NCBI GenBank assembly: GCA_036172245.1
Contig: JAYWIR010000005.1
Location: 5,766,001 to 5,830,000 of the forward strand
From: Raillietiella orientalis
Lineage: Eukaryota
Direction: 5' to 3'
DNA: 64,000 bases
A model generated the notes under the pieces. That model was given only the letters and a program-made list of their open reading frames with translations. It made no database searches and had not been told where the DNA came from. Of the stretch, positions 1 to 12,000 are shown piece by piece. How positions within the stretch are numbered: position 1 is the first letter of the stretch; every line of letters begins with the position of its first letter. A program made the translations under genes and the position numbers.

Positions 1-3000
1 CGGATGGCGGCGGCGGCGCGGCAGTCGGCGGGCAGGAAAGCGATGACAAATCTCGGAGCGGTCGTCTCCATTTTTCAGCACCTCCCGAAAGCCACTGTAA
101 GAAATAAATAAGCAAGGGGAAGCAGGGGGAGCGTCCGTTTTCATTGATAAGCAGCCGAGGAACTCTCCTCTTCTGGATTGCGACCATTCTGCTCTCCAGA
201 GAAGAGGTTCGTGGCCTGAAAGAAGCAAAAAAAATAAAAAGGGGAGGGAGAGGGGAGAGGAGGGGGAAGATGACTGCATCTCGAATCGCAACATCACCCT
301 TCGTCCACGCCACCCCCTCCCCACGCTCATTTCGAACAGAACGGTCAAAAAGGGGGGGACGAGTCCTTCTGAGATCCGAAGCATCCCTCATTCCGCGGTC
401 CTACCCCTCTCTGGCTTGTGCAGACGGGCAGCGGGCAGCGACAGGACGTCCGGCCACCTCGGCGGAGACACGTCGACGCAAGTGGGAGATTTGCGAACAC
501 TCGGGAACAGATTCGAAAGAAGAGGGAAGAAAGGCAGAGAAAGAGGAAGGAAAAAAAAAAAATACTGCATCGCGTTGCAAAAACAGGGTTGCCAATCAAA
601 ATCCACTCCCCCAGACAGCTGCGGTGACCTTGGGGAAGTGGTTAGAAAGCCGAGAGAAGCACATAAAACTCCCCATCTGGTTTTATTAAGATCTGAGCTG
701 CCACGAGATGACTGGAGCTGAAAGTGACTGTAATCTTCCATCGAATCCTCGGTCACTTAATGCGCTCCGCTGATAAATCTGATAATCTCCTTGAAAATCC
801 CTTCTTGCAATCTCGACTGGAAGATACCATCCTCGTTTTCGCGGATCGCTGAACGAACCCTCGTTCGTTCGCGCGCGCGCGTCGGCAGCATTGCCGGAGC
901 CCGTCGCCTCGGAGTCGACGAAATTTCTGGAAGATAAGCGAGTCGTAAAAATCCGAACGAGCCCTCTCGGATACTCCTCTGCGCGCCGGCGTACCTGAAG
1001 GCCGGCATGTGCATGCCCATTCCGGGTCGCCTCTCCTGCGCCGATCGGGGGGCTCTTCGGCACGCGAGAGAGGCAGGGAAAAGGGGGGGGAGGGAGAGAG
1101 GGAGGGAACGGAGGTCTAGAGTTGCCGCAACAAAGGAACGGGGTGTCTCGGAAAACAGAATTCCGGAAACCCAGCCGACGGGAAAATCCCTCTCCCCCTC
1201 CCCCGTCCCGACAACCCACTCGCGGCAAACGAACGGCTAATGCGCCGCCGGCGTCTCCGGCGTGAAAAGAGTACCCGGACCAAGGGTTAATCAGTGCAAA
1301 CTCCACTCAAATTATGAGCAATCGGTGACAGGAGCCATTGTTCGGGGGATTAGCCAGACCAATTAAAACACAACGTCGACGAATTTCGGATCCTGCCTGG
1401 CTGAATGCCTCAGAGTATTCCGGGGGCAAACACGCAGCGGGTCAGCGGAGGCTCTCTCCCGCAGGTCTTCGCCTTCCGAGAGAGCTGTCTGGAAGGCGCT
1501 GCAGGCGGGTCGAAGGTCCGCCTTCCTCTCCCACTGCAGGGACCACCGCGGCTCCTGGTGAGATTTCGAAAGGAACCTGACAGAACGGTGCTTTTCGGGA
1601 GCGGCAAACAGTTCGCGAACCACCGGGCTCGGCCACGGGGTCTTCCACCGAACGGGTGGGGAGGAACACGGTTCCCATGACGTTCCTTCCGAAATTCCTC
1701 CCCGGGGTGCAGGCGACTTCGTTCAGCTTGACCCAGGGGACGGGATGGCGAGGAAGTCGTGGAGAGTGGAATGCCACGGGCCGAAGAGCGGGCTCGCGGG
1801 CACAGCCTCGCAACCGGTTTCGCCCACTAAGAGCGCAAGAAGAAGAGCAGCGCTTCCTTTAAAGAACTGCCGCTGTGTGCTCCTGCTGCAGCGTTTGGGT
1901 TCTCATAGGCCTCTTGGATTAAAATCGCATTCGTGGGATGCAGGGAGGAGATCTCAGCTCGAAAAGGCGCGCATGGTCAGGCGTGGTCAGGAAGACTCGT
2001 ACTCCGGGGATAAGGGAAGCCAATTCTCGTCCGAGTCGAGGAAGCTGCTCGAGAGCGACGCGTCTTCCTCTTTCTAGCCTGACAGTGCATTTCACGACAT
2101 CGCAGTGTTTTTGATGTGTTGTGGTGGTTTTCCTCCGATGGTCTCGGACCACCCTTTTAAGGGCCTTCGCACGTGACTTCATCCTTCTTTTGCGCACAGT
2201 TCCCTGATTCTCATGATGCACGGGGCATTGGAAAGACCCTGGATGAAGTGCTTCCCGACGACTAGAATGGACTCCACCGTTCCAAGCCGGGTCCATAGCT
2301 TGCGGAGCGATGGTTTACGGGATGGACTGCGTACCGGAAAGCGGGGACAGTGAGCTGCAATGGCGCACGCTGCCAGTCCACCCTGCGCAGGTGGTTTCGA
2401 ACACTTCAAACCGGAACGTTCTTCTCGAAGATGCAAAGATACGAATGAGCCACACGCCCCTTCAGCCTGCCCCCTTTGGCTTTCCAGAAACCACTGGTAG
2501 GAGGGACTTGGGCATCTGTCCCAAGGAACTATGCGATTTTCTTTTGTGCAGCCGACTGACCTGAGTGCTTTGAAGCTGACCAAGGAAGTCTAGGGAGTTC
2601 TTCCTCACAGTCCTTTTAGGAAACATCGGCGCGAAAAAAAGGGAGATGGGGGGGGGGGAGGAAGAAAGGAGGTAGCGTCCTTGCCCTGTAAGATGGCGTT
2701 CGTTCTTCCTGCATGTGGGGGCTTACAGGCGGGGCTGGGCGTGGGCTGCAACCTTCCCGGAGATTCTCGCCACTCCGCTGGTGCGTTTGTGCTGGGGCAC
2801 CACGGTCACGGAATAACACCCCACCCCATCTGCAGATTCCGGGAGCGGCGTCCTTTCAGATTCCAAGCTGAGAGTTGTGCATTTCGAAGACAAAAGACTC
2901 CACGGCATGACTCCGATCGCCGAGATGATCTGAGATCTGGCAGCAGGCAGAAAGATGGAGAGACAAAGGGGAAGAAACCCTTCAGCGAGCTCTTCGAGGA

Positions 3001-6000
3001 ACTCTCTGACATCGAAACATCAGGCTCCTTTCCCACCGAACGCGCTGAGGCATCCAGCGGATTAAGGGTTCTCCATGTAGATCAGACAAATTACCGATTT
3101 ATCTGGTCCATTTGCACACAGAAGGGGCCTGCGTTCTCTGAGTACCAGAAAGCATCACCAATCCAGTTGTGTCCCCTTTACGAGAAGCAAAAACTAAATT
3201 TGGCCTCCTGAACCAAGGGGCCTGGATTCCTTTTTCCATTTTCGATTGGAATTCTTTTTCTGTTCGTTCCGTTGCCAGGAACGCCATCAGATTCATGAGA
3301 TCATTTTCAAGATTTTTTATGAGACTCTTTGCCTCTCTTTGGCTTTCGCTTTGTCTTCTTCCATGCTCTCATTTCTCCACACTTGCTTGGATCGAATCCA
3401 TGAGGGAACTTTCCTAGCAACGAGGGCTCGGTTGCCGATCTCCCAAGCCGGGAAAGACCTGCTAAGTGCTGGGGCGCGGTTCCTCCTCCTCCGAAGGCGG
3501 GCGCGAGTAGCGTAGGATCGACAGTCCCGTGGAAGTGGCTGGATAGAGAGAGAGAGACGGGGGGAAGAGGGGTGCTGGCGCTGTCAGTGAGGGGAACGGG
3601 ATGGGGCGAGTCTTGGAGTGGCCCACGAAGACCAGGGGAGGAACACGGCTGGAGCAGTTGGCACGTGGCTCGTCTTGGATATCCCTGGAGTTTCAGTTGG
3701 CAGAGAAAACCCAGGAATGAGCGGAGAGCTTTTGACACGGACCTCGAAGTCGAGTCCAGCCTCCCCAGCACCTAGTCATCGCTCGAATTCATGCATTCGT
3801 GGAGGCCGATCGTGAAGACCTCTACCATGACCAAGAAGTCTTGCGCCTCGTAACCATGGAAGATGACGGACTAGAAATATCGAAAAATGGTTCTCGTTGT
3901 AAGGCGCGGTTCCAAGGAAGCGTCGAGAATGCGTGCAGGTACCACTGCTTACATCAGGAAGATGGAGGACTACTTGATGGAGGAGGACGTCCCACTCACT
4001 CCTCACTAAGAGAGCACTGGAAAGCCCCGATGTCAAGCCAACGAAGATGCGGGAGAACCTCCTCTCTGATTGCCTCGCATTCTGAAGAGACTGCTACCGT
4101 CTGATCGCATGGAACCAAACGGGCCTCGCACGAGACCCTGGGGACTCACTGCGAGAGGGGGAAGAACTTCTCCGGGGCGATGGACCCTTCAAGTGGAACG
4201 TGAGAAACTGGATCTGACGACAGGGGACAGGATTCACTGGAAGGAAAGGAACCGGAACAGGAATTCCTTCTGGTTGCCAAAGTTCAGGAACCTCTAAGGT
4301 TTATCGCCGCTCGCTGGCTCCGCTGCTGCATTCTTCTCTCGGGGAGGAACAGCACTGCTCTCAGCTGGTTTTGGAGAGGATCCGTCTCCAGGAGAAGGAA
4401 TACCTCGCTGCATCTTGGCGCGCCTAGAGCAGGAACTTTTCCCAACCGCACTTGTAGCTGATGCCCGTTGCCTTCCCTGCCTGCCTCTCGGTTCCTCGCT
4501 TGCCCACTCCTCGTTGGTGTGCGTTTCCGCAGGAAGGCACAAGGCAGCACGTGCCTCAGCACGCGTTCCGTTTCCGTTGCATGGCGACGAGCGCCTCGGT
4601 AGTCCCTGATCAAAGAGATGGAGCGTAGTTTGAAATCCCGTTCAGTGTCAGCACGTCATGCGTCACGGGCTCCAGTCCGACGTACGTTGGAAGCACCGGG
4701 AACCCACCTGGAGTGGAAAAGGAGGGAGTAGGAAGGAGCTGAGCGATTCGCTCAGGATGCTGGATCTGTACCGAGCGCACACACGCTGCATGTTCCGAAA
4801 AGCTCGGGAGGTCGTCAGCGGCGATGGTTTCCGCGCTCGCATCAAGCAGAGCTCATGCCGCAACCGGGTTGCGGCGGGTAAAAGGGATGGAAGAGTTTTC
4901 GAGGGGCGTAGGAGGGAAACGTGCTGGAGGAGGGAAGGAGGGGGGAACGGAGAAGGAGAGGGGTAAGAAAGGGGGGGGGGGAGAGAATCGGTCGGTCCGC
5001 TTTGCTTTCATTGCCACCCGGCTACTTTTCGGTCCCGAGCTGAGCAAATTTCAATCTCAGCGCGCGCGGGCGCTGCCTGAGGTCCTTTTCTTGCCACTTT
5101 CTTGCTTCCTTTCTCTTTTTTCTTCTCCCCTCCCCTCTCCCGTTGCGGTTGGGCCCAGCTGCGATCCACCCTCCCGTCGGCGCGCTTGTATCCCGTGGCT
5201 TCCGACACGAGACATCCCGAATAATGGTCATGCGCTCCCACCAACATGAAAGACTACCTTTTTATTAGACCCACCTGTCTACAAGAGTGTTAGCGCCAGG
5301 TGTCGGTGCAAAAAAGGAAGAAGAAGAAGAAGAAAGCAAAAAAGCAACAATTCGGCTCCCAGTGCGGGTATGGCTCCTGGAATGTTGCAAACTTGCAGAC
5401 CAAAGCGCGTGGGAAGCTCGTTGCATTCCTGGAAGGCCAGACGCTCAGCTTACCGCACGTTCGCGAGCGCGTTTCCCTCTCTCTGCGCGTTCCCAATTCC
5501 CGCTGTCCCCTCGTTGGCTACTCGAATCTCCTCATCGTGTCAGGGTTGCCGCTTGTTTGCGTGGGTCGTACACCATTACCAGTGGCCACTGCCTGTCAGA
5601 GGCGAGGTAAAGGAGCCGCGCTCCTGCGCGTTCCTGCTTATCGTCGGCTTTTCGAATGGAAAGCTCCAGCCAGCATCCCAGTGTCGGAGCAGGCTGTGAT
5701 CCGAACAGTTGCACCGGAAAGGAGGCTGCATCCGATGCACGGGGAGGTACTACTATTTGCATCTGAGCCATGAGTAATTGCTGTACCAATAATAAGAAGT
5801 CCGATAAGTCTCCAGCATAAACGCCCACAGGCAGGCTTGGAGCCAGGTTATGAGGCAGGGCTGACATCGGGTGATCCCCAGCACCATGCTGAGCCAGTGC
5901 GTTGACAGCGGTGGTCCACGCGCAGCTGCATTCCGAAGGGAGGAGCCTGCCGTGGGCGCTGAAACGGGGAGATTGAGCTCTCGAGCATTCGTCGATCCGG

Positions 6001-9000
6001 GAGGTTGATGAGGAGGGATCAAGAACTCGGGAGATGACGGAGCGATCCATCTTGCGAGCGAGGACGAAGCCGACATCCGTGGTTCCTGGGAGCCCGGGAG
6101 GATGCATCCCTATTCCTGGAGCGTATGCGCCACCTGCGGACAGCCGTCATCGATTCTGAAGTCCCCCATGCTCCCCCCCTCCTCCCTGAATCCGCAGAGA
6201 CTCCGGTTTCGCTCCCTGCAAGCTTCCCGGCGTGCAGAAGTCCAGAATTGTGCTCCAGTTTCGGAGCGCGCGGACCCCAGGAGGAGCCCGGATAACGCTG
6301 CCACCGGAGCGGCTCAACCGGCACAACTGGGAGGGAACCATCGCCGTGACGGAGGAGCTCCGTACCGCCAATCAACAAGGAGCAAGCCAACCGGCCAGCT
6401 CGGAGGGTCGGTCGGCGGCGGTCTTTGGTCGCAGCGGTCGGAGATGAGGAAAGGAAATCGCGCGGTCCAGCAGCAGCGGCAGTTGCTCGCGAGATCGCTC
6501 GCGGGGATAGCTCCGAATGCGCGCTCGGTGCGCACGCAAATCGTTCCATCCGGGTAGCAGCTGGTCGGAACTGCCCGAGGCTGCAGACCAGCTCCTAGTG
6601 CCATCTTCCATGCGAAGGAGGAGACGTGTTCTCCGCAGTAGCCTCGCCGCTCGCTGGAAGACGGAAGGATCGTTCCTTCCTGTCCGAGAGGTCCCGCAGC
6701 GGCGAGAGGGAGACCAAAGGGAGAAAAGCTTCTTTCGTCCGATTTTCTCCTCTTTCCCGTAAAGGCCCAGGGACTGTCCAAGTCGTCGGGCCGGTGCAGA
6801 GGAATCCCAGGGATTCAGGAGCTCCTTCCCCGCCGGAGCTTCCAGAATTCGGTATGTGACCTGGAGCGTCCTGCGCCCGAGAAAGATGGAAGCCACATCC
6901 ACTTCCTCTTCCTGTCCGGCAAGGAAACGGACGAAGTGGGTCCACCCTGGGGTCCTTTTCTGAGAACAGCTGGTTCTTCCACGTGGCAAACGTTTTGCTC
7001 CCCTGACCACGCTTCGTTGGCGCCGCGAGCTCCGCGAGCGAACCCGTAGGCACTAGCAAAGGCTGAGAGGGTTTCGAGGATTCCCAATGACATTCTTCCT
7101 CCTTTCCCGAATGGGAAGCCTCCCGGAGGAACGGGGGAGAAGCTGCATCCGTCGCTGCGAGAGCTTAAGAATGACGGATGAGACCCGCTTTCCGTTGCAG
7201 AACCACGGAGGAAGTCCGGGCGCGGCAGCGGCGGCGAGCGAATATCCCGCCCGGGAGAGCGGCTCGCGCGCGCGGACCAGCCGCGCACGTTGCGCCGCCT
7301 CCCGCCGTGCGCTCGCAGCCGTGAGCTCACGGCGACATCAGTCGGGAAGGAAGAGAGGGAGGGAGGGAGGCAGCGAATGTCGACTTTTTTGCAGCTGGAA
7401 ACGCAGCGTCCGCTCGGGAATGATCTGTCATCCCTGTCACTCGGCGGATGCAGAAGAGCGCTTTTCGACGGAGGCGAAGCTCGGAAACGGGTTGACAGGT
7501 TTATCAAGCGTGGAAGAGAGGTTTTCACTCCGTTGCAGAAAGATCGGAATGCGATCTTCGCCCCCTCTCTCCTCCTGCTGCCGGTGCAAAATCCTTGGCG
7601 CCTCAGAGGATCGAAAATGCGCGCGTGGAAGCAGAGACTGGAGGGATGAGGGGACGAATCCCCGCTCTCCGGGTTTCCTCGGCCGAAGAGAGCGACGACT
7701 CCCTCTCAGCTCCTCCCCGCCTCCCCTCGAGGGCGCCTTGCGATGGCCGGAGGATGCGATCGGCTTCTCTGAACTCAGCTCTGCTCTTTCCTTCCCCGAA
7801 GTCCCGGAAGACGGGAGCGGCTTCGCAGGAGTGCGTTGCATGGGAAACGGAGGGACCTCAAAAAGCAAATAACGCCCAAGGGAATTATGATTTATGAAAT
7901 TCCCCAGCGTCTGGCAGATTCCTTTGTCGATAATGCTCCGGGGAGGAAGCTGTGCGGCAACCGGGGACCATCAATTCGGGGTGCACAGTCGACGCTCTCG
8001 GGCCGGCAGGTTTGATCCACGCCGCTCAGAAGGTCGGTCGCTTTGCATGCTGCGGGTCGCACGCGGCGCTCCACTCTCCGGAGGGTGGAAGGGGGCGACG
8101 CCGAAATCGAAGGGTAAAAACCTGCCACGTTCGCGGCGGCCCAGCGGGCTGTAAAGAGGGCTCGGACACGTTCGGAGCCGGACGGGTGGCCCCTGCGAGT
8201 CCGCGGCGGCGCTCGCGGCGCCCGCTGCTGGGAAGCGAGAGGGAGGCGACCGATGAGCAGACGGACGGACGGGGGGCCGAGGACATCATCGCTCGAGTAT
8301 CCCTCCTCTCCGTGAACTCGAGCGCACCATTCTGTGCCCTTCGTCAGCACCTATGGAGCGGAGGAGGAGGGGAACCTCTCCATCGAGACCCCGACCATCG
8401 GCAGGGGCTCGCAGTTCCTCGCTGAGAAGATCGGAGCGGAGCTTTTCGCCCGCGATCCAGATGAGGGTATCAACACGGCTGCTCGATCTTTTTGCTCGCT
8501 ACGTGGAAGCGGAGCGAGCGAACGCCGGGCGGCTGGCTGCTGCCGCCGTTCTTGCGAGAGTCGCTATTTTTAGGCTTTGCCATCCCAGAGGCAGTCGCGA
8601 AACACATCACGGGCAGGCCCAGCCAGTCCCCAGAGAGATTTCCTTTCGATCGCTCCCGTCTCTGTAGCCCGAGGGTGGGAGAGTGCACCTTACCAGTGGT
8701 TCACAGTCACGGGAAACACGGGAAACGAAAGGAACTAAGGAATCCCTGAAGGGAAAATCTGGAAGATGAGATCCCGGGCTACTGTGAACGCATTGAACCT
8801 CCTTGGATCTCACTTCCAGGAATTGCAAGGATTTTTTTCTCCGCTGCGGACCCCCTCGCGTCCTCGTTCCGTCCCTCCTGGAGAAGCACGAGCGAGTCCC
8901 TGCGACGGTACCGCCCTGCTCGCTTCAGGACGGTGCCAGAGGAGATCCAGAACGAATCGCGCGAGAGTGCAAAGGAGCTGTCGCGGCCGTCCCCTGGGAC

Positions 9001-12000
9001 GATCAGGATCCCCGAGCGAGTCAGCGGAGGCGGGAAGGAGGGACGCGCAAGAATCGGGTCTTCGAGGCTGTTCTCCAAAGCACGGAGGAGGAGGAAACGA
9101 AGTCCCTGCGCTGGTCGTCGTCGGCGCCCTCATGATTTTGCGAGAGCGATGAGGCAGCACGGGATCTTACCGGAGGGAGGAGGCCGGAGAAGAAGGGAGG
9201 GGGATGCCCGGGTGGAGGAGATACTCCGACTGACACAAGCCCTCATCTGCTCCGCGGAGTCTTCCGTCTCGGGACGGCGGGAAGAAGCGATAGCACGAAG
9301 CGCGCGGGGCGTCCGTCCGTCCGCCCGCGTGGGTTCGCCGGCCTCCGCTACGTGTCGCGGGGGGAAACGCAGCTTCCCTAATGGAGCGTCAAACAACTCT
9401 TCGGTTCGCCGTCCGCCTCTCGTACACGGTCGCTTCTGCTTTTATTGTCCGCTTCCTTCTGCCATAAAAGTGGTGGTCGACCCGAGCGACGAATGGTGCT
9501 CGAGGATTACAGAATCTCAAAACTCCCGGTTAAATGAAACATCTTTTTCTCGTTTTTTTTTTATTTTCTGGACAAACGATCTGGAAGGAATGATAAATTT
9601 CCTTTTTTTTTTTCCTTCTTTTCCTTCTCCTCTTTACCATGCTGAGGCCATAAACAAGAAAAAAAGAAAAGGAAAGGAAAAGAAGACCATTCTCTTATTC
9701 CTCTTTTGCTTGGAGCGACGTGACTCTTCTCTACGGACCTCGCTCGTTCTTGATAAGCGCAAATCAACTTGATATTTTCATTCGAGAAACAGGAACCACC
9801 TTTTTTTGTGTTCCTCGAAAAGAGTCAGTCGAGGAAGGTCAGCAGGCACGAAGCGGCCCTCGACTGTCACAGGATCGTCCTTTCTTCATCCACTCTTCTC
9901 CTCCTGCCCGTTATCGCTCAGGAGCCGGTGGGTTCTTTCGCGCGCACTGCTACTGCACGCTGTGGAGGTCGGAGAGAGGGCGCGCACCGCCTCCGTGACC
10001 GCTGCTGCTGCCGTGTGGAACAAGCGAGAAGAGCTCTTTTCTCCCCTATTCTTCCTTGCAGCCGAGGCTTCAGAAGGGAGAGCAATGACTTTCATCCCGC
10101 TAATAGTCCCTGGGGAAGGTAAGCTGGCGAAGGGCAGTAAACGGCAGAATAGAGCACCATCGACCCGCGTCTGCAGAGCGCACTTGCATCCTGGGGTCGG
10201 AATCCGTCTCCTGCTCTCTGCCAAATCGATTCAACAGTCTTATGCCTGCAGGATCGCCACGACCCAACAGCCACGAAGGTGCTGTGTTTGTTAAATTCTT
10301 CCTCTTTGTTCCATCTTAAGTCCTTTCAAGACTTGGTACGAGATCTCTTCTTTTCTTTCCTTTTCTTTTCTTCCCAGCTACCGGAACGCTTTCCACAGGT
10401 CTGGAAGCTGCCGAAAGCCTCCTGAGATGGGAACATCATCAGCCCTCTGTGGTGAGCTAGCGGTGCGTCACTTGTGGGGAAAACAGAAAGCGGCACCGCC
10501 GCCGCTGTGCGTTGGTTCGTTTGGTGTTCAGGAGTTTGAGTGTGCCACTTTGACTGCGCGCCTCCAAAGAGTCCCACAAGTCCTTTACGAAGAGCTGTGC
10601 AATCTTCTCGATTGGCGTCCGCGACCAGAACTTCGAACCCTCTGGAACCACCAGCAGAAAGCTTGGCGTCATCGAAGTTAGGATAATGACTCCACGTTCC
10701 CGCTGATCCGTGCCACAGCACCAGTAGATCGCGTACTGCACTGCACTGCGTACGAGGCAAATTCTAGGCTTCCTTGGACTGATCGCTGAGGACAATGTCT
10801 CTCTTCGTGCTTGGAAGACTGCCACGTACAAGCCCAAAAATATCATCCGCTCTCTGAAAGGATTGCGGAGCGCATCCCGCAACTGCTCTTCTCCTGCCTT
10901 TTCCTCCCTGCTCCTCTTCTTCCTCTTCCTCTTCAGACATCCTCAGTCATCTCGCCTGATTTGAATTCCATTCCGTCCGGCAAGCCTCCAGCGAGTGCTC
11001 CTGGAACGTCCCTAGAACTCCGTGCTTGCGGAGTGTGTGATGCAGTTCTCAGCGAAGACTCAAGGCAGATGAAATTTCCATTTCCGCTGGCGTCTGGAAA
11101 GAGCCCTCGTCTGTGTTGAGGTATGCTATTCTCCAGGGATGTGCTCTCCATCCTCTTTTACGTCATAGTCCAACCTTGGACATCCATGTTCCCAAAACGG
11201 CAGGGAGAGAAAACGCGGATTCACTGATCTGGATTGTTTGAGAAGCTCATCCGAGAGTCCTCTTTTCTCAGGGAACAGGAGGACACAGGACTCACGGGGC
11301 AGCGCCACTAGGGGGAAAGAGTTTTCTTCGATGGATGCTGCGATCTTTCCCATTTAGATGATCAAGAGAGCTGACTCCAGACGCTATCATTTCCGGTTCG
11401 GGAAGACCTACTCGTGGTCATCACCCTCGAACACTGAGGTTTGTCCATCCACCGCAGGGTGGTCTCCAACTCCGAATCTGGCAATCTGTTCTGGCTTTGC
11501 CCGGAATGCCTCGAATCTTTTAGATTATCGAGACCATGGCGCTGCATTTCAGAGGCAGTGCACGAGTATGAATCGCCACAGTGTATACCATCGGACTTTC
11601 ATCCCGACATTTTTTTCCTTCTAAGCGGCACGCCGAGCACGATCTGAAGCCGTCTCTATTCGCATTGGTTGCGCATCTGTCGAAAGAGAATGGTACTCCC
11701 TATTCACATATTCACGGCATTGGCATACATGAAGTAGGAGGCGGCAAAGGCCTCGAAACACGAAGCCTCTCGAAACTGGTAGTGGGTCATGTAAAGTAGA
11801 GTTACCCCCAGGAGTGCATCTGTCCTGGTACGGTGCAAAGTGTACGCATCTTTCACCGTACCAGTGCAGATGCCTCATGACGACTGTACATCGATTGCGA
11901 ACGAGACCCACCCGACCCTGCAGACTTTATCGCGTATTGATACGCACACTGCGCACATGCCGAGTCGACTTCGACCGTTAGCTAGCACGAGCGGGATCTT

